Shown: positions 52,687 to 64,000 of the stretch, piece after piece | Position numbering within the stretch: the stretch's first letter is position 1 | How the letters are laid out: every line of letters begins with the position of its first letter | NCBI GenBank assembly: GCA_046563655.1 | Contig: CM102287.1 | Location: 4,526,001-4,590,000 of the forward strand | Source of the DNA: Yuukianura sp. NJ FZ-2021 | Lineage: Eukaryota | DNA: 64,000 nucleotides | Reading direction: 5' to 3' | The notes under the pieces: generated by a model | Told to the model about the DNA's origin: nothing | Databases searched by the model: none | What the model saw: the letters and a program-made list of their open reading frames with translations, nothing else | Made by a program: the position numbers and the translations under genes

Positions 52687-55600
52687 ATGTCGACTTCAGC
52701 GGACATACGGGTGAGTAAAATCCAAAATACGAAAACCTCTTTAAATATTTGCTATTTGAATGTATACTAACGGAATTGTTTTAACTTTTCAGCTTCCGCC
52801 GAAGTGGATTGAGCTGAACATACACAAGAGGGAGTGTATCGTTTTTATTCCTTCGAGTGACGATGGAGTGGACGTCGTATGCCAATGTGGAAAACCCAAA
52901 AGCGACCATCCTTCAGTCCAAGGGCAGCATTACAGGGCTTCTGACCCCTGGATCCCTTCGGCTCATACAAAACTCATGCCAACTGATGCTTATGGAACAA
53001 TCATCTTTGAAGGAGAGCATCACCCTAACAAATCACACGTAAGAACCGCCACTTAAACGAAATAGGTAACTTAAATTACTTAAAAAGTGACCAAAACTAA
53101 AACAGCTAAAGAGCAAAAACTTTGTTTCAGTTTGTTCGACTGTCGCATGACACGAGTCCGGACCTTGTGATGCAGTTGATGACATTGGTCTGGGGACTAC
53201 CGATGCCCAAGCTCCTTATTACCGTCAGAGGCTCAAATACGAACTTTGACCTGTCAGCAAGGCTAGGTCGAATACTACAAGTTGGACTCATCAAAGCTGC
53301 AATGACAACAGGAGGTAAGCACGCAACATTTCTAACTCAGGCATTTTTAAGTGAAGTTCAGTACAAAATGTTTGAATTTGTTTCTTTTCTTGTGTTTCTA
53401 GCTTGGATAATCACGAATGGACTCAACAGAGGTACGAATAGCATACGATCTGCGTTCGGAGAAGCTTCTGTTTGAAGAATTGATTTTTCAAGATTTTGTA
53501 ATTTTCAGGTGTTGCAAAACATGTTGGAAACGCTCTAGGAAATCAGCGAGCTTTAGGATTCAAACGTGGACGAATTGTGAGCATTGGGATATGTCCTTTT
53601 GGAATTGTCCAGAATCGAGAAGTTCTTATTGGCCACAACAAAGACAGAAGTTACAATCCATTGGAAATGTCTTCGTCGAAGTACATCATTCTAAATCCTA
53701 AACATTCCAACTTCCTGCTAGTTGACAACGGAACGGTGGGTAAACTTGGCGGAGAATCAGTTTTTAGAAAACGATTTGAGAAGTGCATCGCAAGTTATCC
53801 GACAAGTCCAAGTGTGTGTTTGAACAATTTCATAACTAAATCATGAAAGTTATTTTAAATTTTCAGAAGTTTAAAAAACTCTTTATTTTGTAGATAGAGG
53901 CTGCAATTGTCCCATGGTTTGTCTTGTGATTGGCGGAAGCTTCAATACGCTTCGGAACATCACTGACTACTTGTACGACGATCCTCCAGTACCTGTGGTT
54001 TTATTTTTTGGAACAGGAGTGACTACGGATCTGATAGCGACAATTTTGAAGAAACTTTCTGCAGGCGAAGGTCGACTGGAGACAATTTGGGAAGAGATTT
54101 GCGAGCTGATGACCAAGTGCTACGGAATCAACAAAGCTCAATGCGATGCTCTGTTCGAAGAAATTTCAAAAATTATCAGTCGCAAAAATTTGGTAAGTTC
54201 TGCATATCATCCATCAACTTACATATTTTCAACAAATCGTGTTTTCCTAATTTTTACTTTCTTTTTGCAGATTACAGTTTTTAATCCTAATGTACCTGAC
54301 GCTGAAAGTTTCGACACTGCCCTCCTCGCATCACTGTTTCGATCTCAACACTGGACACCGCTTGAGCAGCTTAGTCTGACATTGGTGTGGGACAGAGTTG
54401 ACATTGCTACCCACGAAGTGTTTGTTTATGGACGGGATTGGTCCAGAGGTTAGTTCGAACATTGCAAACAAAATTCTATTGTTGATTGAACTAATTAATG
54501 TTTCTCAATCTAGAAACTCTGGAGCATGCCATGATGGAAGCGCTGTCTTCCAACAGACTCGACTTTGTTGAGCTCCTCATCGAACATGGACTCAACATGC
54601 AGCTATTTCTTACTCCTAAACGTCTCGAAGAGCTCTACAGCCTTGTAAGTCCTCCAAGTTTCACGAGAGAAGCAGTGGTGCAACTTTATTTTGTCTTTTC
54701 AGGACAGAGCCAACTCCATTGTAATGAGAACTCTGCTGTTTGAACTAGCGAAGCTGCACACGACTAAAAGACGTGTGAAGAGTGGCGGAAATACAATGTT
54801 TGACAAGACTTTGACACTTCATGACATTGGATTTGCAATGAGTCACATGATGGGACACGTCTACAAGTCTCGATACAGTAACTTCAAAAAACGAAAACGA
54901 GGATCGGCCGAAGAAGACACTCCGGCAGAAACTGCTAAAGCTGTAATGGATTACTATTTTACTCAGCCTTTTGACGACCTTTTTGTAAGTGAATCGCAGT
55001 ATTAGAACAGTTCAAAAAAAATTTCAAGCACACTGTTCAAGCAATTCTTTGAATACAGATTTGGGCGATATTGACCAAACGTCATCGTACTTCAGTTCTC
55101 CTTTGGAAGCATGGGGTTGGAGCATTAGCCAAAGCCCTCGTTGCTGTTCGTTTGAACAAATACCTTGTGGAGGAGTTCAAATCCGCTGAGAAAACCGCAA
55201 CAAATTTAGCAGGTATTGCTTTAAATCAAATTAAAATTGTACCAATTGCGTTTAGATTTTGCTTGATTTGAATATTTTTAGCTGAGTTTCAAGCATGCGC
55301 GGATGAATGGGAAGAATTGAGTTACACTTTACTGGATACTTGTTTCAAAGTCGATTGTACAATGACTCGTCAACTGTTGACAATGGAACTTGAGCACTGG
55401 AGCAAGGAAACGTGTCTCACGCTTGCAGTTTTAGCCAATCACCGGATGCTTCTCGGACATCCTTGCTGCCAAATTCTACTAGCCGACTTGTGGATGGGTG
55501 CCCTTCATCACCAACATACAACGACATTCAAGGTAACCTTTCAACCCTTACTAAACTCAACTTGTAAAGTATTTAAAAGTTGTGCTTGACGTTATAGGTA

Positions 55601-58276
55601 CTCGCAGGACTTTTCTTCCCTCCACTTGCTCTCTGGTCAGATTTTAAGACTCGTGAAGAACTGAAATTGCTGCCACATCAAGGCAACAAAGAAGGAATGC
55701 TAGGATCCAGTGCAGACGACCAAGCCCTTCTAGATGACGCTTCTCTTCAAACATTTTCAAAATCCAAAGCTTCCATCCCATCCTCTATGTATCTGCAACG
55801 AATACCTACGGAGGGAGGCGAAGCCGAAATTCCTAGACCAGAATGGAATCCACTGACCAGTGGTAGAAACGCTGAAAAGACTAAGCGTCACCAGCCTGCT
55901 CAACATCATTTCCACCATCAAGGAACGTATGGACAACCCGAAACGCTTTTCAGGCGACCACAAGGCCACTCAAACCCGCCTCCAGTTCTCATAGTTCCTG
56001 CCGCTAATGAAAAAGATGCCGGACATCGTGTCACAATCATTGAAGACATTGTAAGTCACTTAACAAAATTAACTAAGTATGCGTAACACTAAATACTACG
56101 AACTGTAATTAGATTTCATTATGATTCCAGACCTCATCTTCAGAATCTTCAGAAGATGACAATTATCGAACTGAAAAACACAAAAAGCGAAAACGGGTCA
56201 AACAGCTAACGCAAGGTGTGAACGACCCCCGGTTTGGGGGTTCCTACGTAACAACACAGCAAGAGTTGAGTGCATTTCGAAAAATATACGAATTCCAACA
56301 AGCTCCGATGGTCAATTTCTACAGACACACGGTAATCTTACCGAACTTTAATTTAGGATTTAATTAAACTAATTCAGTACTTATTCGGTTTTTCATTTAT
56401 TACAGATTGGCTACTTGATCTTCCTCTCGTGCCTTTGTTATGTCATTCTCGTTCCGCAAAATGAAAAGAAGATGGGATACTCGGAAATGTACGCCGTCGC
56501 GTACCTTGTCACTTTAGGTAAAGGTTTTGCAGCGTCTAAAACTATCCCACGCTTTTTTCGGTTTCTGATTTTTGAATTTTTGACTGATTTTGTTCATTTG
56601 TTCCAGGTTGTGACACTGTGCGGGAATTCGTTTGCGTGGATGGCTTCGGTTTCTCCCAAAAATGGAATCAATTCCAGACAAAGAATTGGTCGCTCTCCGA
56701 TTTTTTAGTTGTTCTCGTCACATTGACAGGAACGGTTTGTCGAATTTATCCCACCAAAGAGAGAGGATTCTTTGAATATGGAATGTTCATTTACAAAGTG
56801 TGCAGCATTTACTGGAATCTTCGTCTTTACAAATATCTGTCCAACCATCGATGGGTTGGTCCGAAGCTCGTCATGATCACTCGAATGCTGCAACATATGG
56901 TAAGATTTTTAAATCAAGAAAATCAGTCACGTACTTGCTAACGTTCCTAATCGGACATAACCTTCTTCCTAATCGTAACATAAATTTTTTTGTGTTTCCT
57001 CCTGACAGATTTACTTTGCAATGATTCTACTCGTTGTGATGATTGCCTTTGGAGTTTCTCGAGAAGCAATTCGTTTTCCTCACACTAATCCAACATGGAG
57101 GCGACTCACTGAAGCATTTCTGGAGCCGTAAGGATATATTTTTCATCACGGTTGCTTGTTATCGACATTTTTGATTGAAGAAATCGTTCCTTTTCGAAGG
57201 TACATCATGTTCTATGGAGAAATCGATGTCGGTAAGGCTAAGAATAATGTTAAATTTTCACTTTGGTGAATGTGTAAACTTGTTCTTTGAATTTTCCAGA
57301 CGCGTTGAGTCCGCAGTGTGGTGACCCTGAGCTGGATCAGCACGAATGTCCTGTGGGCTACTGGATAATACCAATTACATGGGCAATGTGATACACTTTA
57401 AGGCTTTTTCCAACAAAATCAACAGCGAGCACTTGTAAATGTTATTGTCTTTCGTAGATACATGATGGTGGCCAACATTCTAATTGTAAACGTCTTGATT
57501 GCTGTGTTCAATGGGATATATGCTGAGGTTGATGGGATTTCCCTTGAGGTTTGCGGAAAACTTCGAAAATATCAACTCAGCATAGCAAATCTGAACAAAA
57601 CTGAATTCCTTTTCTTTCTTTTTTAGCTATGGATGTTTCAGCGATTCACTTTTGTCATGGAGTTTCAGAGCAAACCTATCCTGGCTCCGCCGTTCATCGT
57701 CATTTGTCACTTGTACTACATTTTCAAATTCATCTACTTCAAGTGTCGCGGATGTGTCTGCGACGAGGAGCTGGAAGAAGAGGGCCTGGACATTGATCAG
57801 GATGGGAGGAAAGTTTACATTGGTGGAAACGACAGAAGCCTAAAAACCTTTCCGACGCCCACCGAAGCAACTCGGGTAATTTAGTCGCTAATTCTCAAAG
57901 TTTATTATCTACAGCTCCGTTTTATGTTTTTTGTAAACATTTTCAGGCATTTGACTTCGAAGAAGACAATTTAGAAGGCATTGTACCGTCTCAAGTGGAT
58001 TATTCTAGAAAAACTCAACTTTTGGGTGACCAGGAACCTACTGCACGACATGTCGGTGGGAAGGCTGACTATTCAGGTCACATGGCGTCAGTGGAAACCG
58101 TGGAAAACAGACATGTAACGGAGCTGAACCAGAAATTTGCTGACATGTCGGCCGAACTTGACAATGTCAAGGCGAAATTAGATCTAATAATTGGCTATTT
58201 GGCTGAAGATGAGCTGCCGACTGTAGTAACAACTGTGAGGGAACCTCCAGCTACAGGTCATACTCATTCGATGTAG
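52687..58276 (+). CDS. TRPM-family cation channel, about 20 exons
   Basis: [134 protein letters not shown] (TRP box) and [11 protein letters not shown]. Confidence 0.93.
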
Positions 58277-58730
58277 AAAAATGCAGTTTTTCCTTCGTTA
58301 TAAGAATCAGAAGGCTACGATTAGTAGAATAGAATTTAATGCAGTTAATACATGATTTAATTTGAGCTTGAGGGAATCTTTTTCCTCTTTTTTTTGCAAC
58401 AAAAAAGAAGTTTGGTTTTCGGTAAGTTTGTTTAGAGCTGAAAAATAAAATTCAATTCAGAAATAAGCTCCATGCCAGATTACAAATTTTATGATTTGGA
58501 GGTGGCAAGTTTGTGGAAAATACTAGCGCTAGAGAGTTTTAAATTTTAATTGGCGTTGAACATTAGCAAAAAAATATCAATTTTTCTAACATTTTTTTTA
58601 ATTTAAGAATTCTGTTTCTTTTCAATGTAAGCAATGAAAAGATTATGCCTGGGAAGCACTCCGTTCCTAAGATATGAATTTGCAAAGCTTTTTTTTTGAA
58701 TTTTGGAACATTTTATATAGAGATTAGAGC

Positions 58731-61326
58731 GATTTGAAGCATTTGCAAATTTTATGCATACTTTTTGCACCGATAGAATACATCTTCTGCAATTTGAGAC
58801 ACGGAGATGCCGGAAGTACTGCTAAAAAATAGTGATGGTTAAAGAAAGAAATTCAGCTTCATTTGCGTTAATTTGAAAAATTTGCAGCGTCTCGAATTGG
58901 CAAAAATGCCTCGTCTTTAAGCGTGTTTGAATAGGGCAGAGATTCTGTGTGCAAGTGGGATTTTGTGAGATTTGAGATAGGGGAATATACGGAGCAAAAA
59001 GGGCTTCCCCCCTCGTCCTTTGTTGTGCCGCCGAGGCGAGTGCCGGGAAAAAAATAAAAATTGAGAGTGGCAGGGAAACTTTTGGAGCCGTACGATCCCC
59101 TTGCAGCTCCGGACACTTTTCAGAAGACTCCTCAACTTCACCATGCTAAATCTCTCTCAGAAAATTAAAAAAAAACTTAAAACTTTGAAATTTCATATCT
59201 GCAAAACGAAATGTGCTAGAGAGCTAATCTCTTCGCGAATAAATTCGCAAAAATGGGCAGAATTTTGCAAGGTGAAAGTTTTGCAACTTTTGCAAAAAAC
59301 TCCAAAACTTTAAAAATTCATATCTCGTGAATGGAATGCATCAGAGAGCTAATCTCTTTGCGAATAAATTCAGGAAAATGTGCAGAATTTTGCAAAGAAG
59401 AGAATAACGCTGGGAGGCAATCTGTTCGTAAGATATGAATTTGCAAAGTTTTTTTGAATTTTGGAATATTTTGTATGGAGATAGTTTGAATGGATGAAAA
59501 AGTTGAGGGATTAATCCATTCAAAAATCCTCACTTTTCGACTCAACTTTTTCACTACCAACTACCAACACACTCATTTTTGGCAGTTTTTAACTTGGAAA
59601 AATTTCCACTTTGCAGCAATTTCTGTGGCTCCAGCGCTCGGATCTAGTCATACGACATCGTCCTAAACAATTTGATGCCAAAATTTTAAAAAATAAAAAA
59701 CAAGAAGTTAGGAAAAAAAACACAGCATCAAAATTTTGACAGCTTGAGGGTGCTTTTTAGAATTTTTTAAAAATTCTACACATTTTTCTGAATTCAGGCG
59801 CGTAGAGCTTAATTCTCTATCTCTTTCCGTTAAAAAGTTATGAATTTTTAAAGTTTTTTGAATTTTGAAATTAAGTTTGAATGGACGAAAAAGTTGAGGG
59901 ATTAGCCCATTCAAAAGTCATCACTTTCCGACTCAACTTTTTCACCCCCTGCAAACACTCATTTTTAGTGGTTTTTCACATCGAAAAATTTCCACTTTGC
60001 AGCGATTTCTGTGGCTCCAGCGCTCGGATCTAGTCATACGACATCGTCCTAAACAATTTGATGTCAAAATTTTGAAAAATAAAAAACAAGAAGTTAGGAA
60101 AAAAAAACACAGCATCAAAATTTTGACAGCTTGAGGGTGCTTTTTAGAATTTTTTAAAAATTCTACACATTTTTCTGAATTCAGGCGCGTAGAGCTTAAT
60201 TCTCTATCTCTTTCCGTTAAAAAGTTATGAATTTTTAAATTTTTTGAATTTTGAAATTAAGTTTGAATGGACGAAAAAGTTGAGGGATTAGCCCATTCAA
60301 AAGTCATCACTTCTCGACTCAACTTTTTCAGTCTGAAGGTGGACTGATGTTGTGCTGATGCTGTGCTGATGTTGTACTGATGGAAGAAATGAATAAAAAA
60401 AAAAGTGGCTCTGCTTCTCAAGCAGAAGCAGTTTTCCGTTTTTAGAAGTTTCTAAAAATTTCAACTTTGTTGCAATTTCTGTGGCCCTTTCGTCCGGTTC
60501 ACGTTGCAAGACAACATTTCGCATAATTTGGTGCAAAAATTTTGCAAAAAACGCACCATCAAAATTTTGATGAAATTTGAAAAAAATGCAAAGACTATAG
60601 GCTTTGCATTTTTTCAAAAATCACCCAAAAACTTTATGTTCCGATTTGACTGTTTTAAAATTTTTAAAAATACTTCATGTCACTCTGAATTTAGACGCGA
60701 AGAGATGAACTCTATAATGCATTCCATTCACGAGATATGAATTTTCGAAGTTTTGGAGTTTTTGCAAAAGTTGCAAAATTTACATTTTGCAAAATTCTGC
60801 ACATTTTTCTGAACTTATTCGCGAAGAGATTAGCTCTCTAACGCATTTCGTTTTACAGATATGAAATTTCAAAGTTTTTAAATTTTTAAATTTTCTGAGA
60901 GAGATTTTGCATGGTGAAGTTGAGGAGTCTTCTGAAAAGTGTCCGGAGCTGCAAGGGGATCGTACGGCTCCAAAAGTTTCCCTGCCACTCTCAATTTTTA
61001 TTTTTTTCCCCGGGACTCCTCTCGGCGGCACAACAAAGGACGAGGGGGGAAGCCCTTTTTGCTCCGTATATTCCCCTATCTCAAATCTCACAAAATCCCA
61101 CTTCCACACAGAATCTCTGCCCTATTCAAACACGCTTAAAGACGCAGCATTTTTGCCAATTCGAGACGCTGCAAATTTTTCAAATTAACGCAAATCAAAC
61201 TGAATTTCTTTATTGAAGTTCCCATCACTATTTCTTCGCAGTACTTCCGGCATCTCCGTGTCTGAAATTGCAGAAGATGTATAATATTCTATCGGTGCAA
61301 AAAGTGTGCATAAAACGTTTCAAATC
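58731..61326. mobile_element. Foldback-like non-coding element: about 650-bp inverted arms around a tandemly repeated spacer
   Basis: 58731-~59400 is the imperfect reverse complement of ~60680-61326, shown also by mirror ORFs 58868-59116(-) and 60907-61188(+). No transposase or clear TSD; the ends are approximate. Confidence 0.8.
59485..60330. repeat. About 386-bp tandem repeat (about 2.2 copies)
   Basis: AATTTCCACTTTGCAGC...GGATCTAGTCATACGACATCGTCC occurs at 59601 and 59987, near-identical over about 340 bp. Confidence 0.92.
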
Positions 61327-61557
61327 AAATTGAAAGTTAAGGATAAAGCAGTTCAAGATGATTTATTCATTTTTGACAGAGAATGTTATGGAGAACCTTC
61401 CAATTAAGTTCAAGTGTCTGAAACTTGATAATACTACGGTAAGTGTCAAACAGAAATCTTCACACCTGTAATAGTTTTTGAGAGCTAACGTTTAAAGGCA
61501 GTTTTAAGCAAAGCATCAATTCTACTGCTGTTGCTTCCTGTACAATCTTCACTTCAA

Positions 61558-64000
61558 CTAATTCTGGAACAGCTGACGAGTAAAGTCGACATAGTCCAGT
61601 GCTCCAGGCGTAGGATGCCCCGTCTTTGGATCGACGTATGGTTTCATCCTCGAAACACAGTAGTCCGCCATTTCCTTTGTCAAATTCTGAAATCCAGATA
61701 CAAATGAAATGAACCATTTTGTAACCTTATTTTCCCACAATTTTTAGCGTAGCAAAAAAGAAAGCTTTAGCTTACGGCGTAAAGTTCTTCCTTGGTGACA
61801 TAAGGACGATCGCCGGAAGTAATTGCACGGAACGCGTTTTCGATTTCCTCGGAACTCTGAACATTTTCGGTCTCCTTACTGATCATAAAGGCCATGTACT
61901 CCTGTAAGGAAACATGTCCGTCCCGGTTCGGATCCACGGAATCTGAAGCAAAATGTTAACGGTTACTTTAGTAATTGGCGATCAATATGGCTTAATCTAA
62001 AGTTAAATTAAATATTGAAGAATAGCTTACCAAGAATGGCTTCAAATTCTGGATCAGGCTAAAAACGACAAGAGAAGTTAAAGTACAGTTTACCCAAGTT
62101 GTTTTAAAAGTTTTCACTTACTTGTCCCTCCTCCACCATCGGTAAATCATAACCCAGTGCACGAAGACAAGATTTGAATTCTTGTTGGTTCAAACGTCCA
62201 GATTTATCCTTGTCGAAGTGCCTAAACACAGATAAAACAAACATTCCATTTATACAAATCTCGTCAAACCACATGTTTCCATTGGCTGTAGGATAACTTA
62301 CTTGAACATCATCGAGAACTCCTTCAATGCATCTTCAGACACACCGGATTGGTTGCGAGCTTGAATCTGTTGCTCCAAATTGTGCTGCATACGCATTCCC
62401 AATTGGTCCAGCTGATCCCAAGCCTAGACATGCCAATACAGAACCATTGTTTTCGTGTTTTCGCAATACAGGTTAAAGTAATTCTAATGTTGTAACCGCA
62501 ATGTTACCTGCGCCAAACCAACAGTAGAGTGCTCAGTATAACGGTTATCCAGAATCAGATGTTCCTCCAAAATGGCTCCCAAGTCTTCAATCTTCTTCAG
62601 ATCCGAACGACGAGCTCGAACCTCAGCAGCCTTACGCTATTATTCAAGCAATAAAGTAATGAAAGCTACGAAGTTATTGAATTCTGTATTTGTAACTTTG
62701 CAATTTGACTTACTTTCGTTGCTTCCAACTGTTGTTCCAAAGTTCCAGAGCCTTCCATCATAGAAGACCTGCAATCCAAGAGATGTTCATAACTGATCGA
62801 TGCTCACAACTTGCGCAAGAGGCTAAAAAAAATGCAATTCTTTTACCTGGTCTCCGTCAACCATTGGTGGAATGCGTTTGCAATTCGAGCAAAGTCCTTC
62901 CTCAACTTGTCATTCTCCTCTTGTCGCTGGAGTTCCTTAGTCAAGTCCACATCGCGTTCCCGGATGATCTTTTGCAGATTCTTCCAAGTATCTTCCAGAG
63001 CTTCCATTGTAAACCAAGTGTAAGGATTGGGTCCCACGTTGAATGACTTGATTTGCTTATCCAAGGCTCCGAGAGCTTGAAAGTCCGATTCCGCCGTTGT
63101 CAATGAAGATTGGAATTGGGCATGGGCCTCACGGAGCGCTCTGGAAATTTAAACCGGAATTAAACTCAGTGAAGTATATTTTCTAACCTAGATCAGTACA
63201 GCATAGTATTATTCTTACCTTATTTCTTCAATTGAATTACAACGAACGGGATCTGTCAAGTCCTCTTCAGCATTTTCAAACCAAGAGTTGAATGCACTCG
63301 CCTTCTTGGCAAATGTCAAATACAATTCCTCAATTTGCCTAAACTGATCTTGCATGTGAAGTAGGCGAGCTTTACGTGCTTCGGAGGAAGCAAGCAAGTC
63401 GTTCCAGCGTTTTGACACGTCCTCATATCGCTTCTGAATTTGTTGACTTTGGAAGTGCTGAGACGAAGTCAGCTGATCCTTCAAATTGCGAATGTTGGTG
63501 ATTCCCTCTTGTTCAAAAGCGGCCAATCCAGCGTCGAAAGTATCCTGCTTTGTCAACAGTGTTTGTACAGTTGACAAGTCACGTCCAAATTCTTCACTTC
63601 GGACATGTGCCTCTTTGTCTGCGATCCAAGACTCTACGACATCAGCCTTCCACATGAATTGAAGGTAAGCAGAGTTATCCAAAAGCCCAACTTTCCTCTT
63701 CTGTGCCAACTGAGCCAAGTTTTCAATCTTTGATTGAAGTTGTTTGCAGCGCTGTGAAATGGCTTCGCTGTTATGATTCTCTTGACTTATCAATTCATTT
63801 CCAGCTTGGGTAATTTCTTGACAGTTTTCACGGTGCACGAGAAGATCAGTTTCAAAGGCGTCGTGCTTCTTGAGTAGACCCTGAAATTATTCAAAAGTCA
63901 GTTCAACTTCCCAAGTTTTGTTTCAAATCAAATAAAAACCTGCAACTCACCTGAACAGCAGCCATCGAATCTCCCAAATCGTCCACAACAAGTAGTTGCT
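61558..64000 (-). CDS. alpha-Spec: Alpha-spectrin, 3' portion (gene extends beyond the window)
   Basis: Spectrin repeats [35 protein letters not shown] and [34 protein letters not shown] hands [27 protein letters not shown]-terminus [14 protein letters not shown]. Confidence 0.98.

Noticed and set aside
58868..61216. Mirror-image ORFs (..GGTTKDEGGSPFCSVYSP..) on both strands
   Set aside because: They are by-products of the inverted repeat; frames differ between the arms and show no transposase motif.

Overview
Gene-dense, AT-rich eukaryotic DNA with many short GT-AG introns. It is most likely a compact arthropod genome; the taxon is inferred from gene content only. Left to right it holds RpS27(-), HAT1(+), LACTB(-), riboflavin kinase(+), mRpL9(-), CCDC151/ODAD3-like(-), SMC4(+), a clip-domain heme peroxidase(+), an SLC46-like MFS transporter(-), a young 3.33-kb LTR element(-), a CD36/SR-B receptor(+), a spaetzle-like cystine-knot protein(+), CDV3(+), TRAPPC3/Bet3(-), Scm(+), a TRPM channel(+), a 2.6-kb foldback-like repeat and the 3' part of alpha-spectrin(-). 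The most unusual object is the LTR element at 31202-34531. It has identical LTRs, a 4-bp TSD, PBS, PPT, an intact Ty3/gypsy-type Gag and a complete -1 frameshift signal (slippery TTTAAAC plus H-type pseudoknot). That signal leads into a 376-codon ORF with no recognisable Pol domains. Other notable items are CCDC151 apparently nested in a 5' intron of a divergent, long-tailed SMC4, ten perfect DR1 nuclear-receptor motifs, and interlocked inverted-repeat modules in the foldback element. Exon structures were assembled by eye and no database searches were run.
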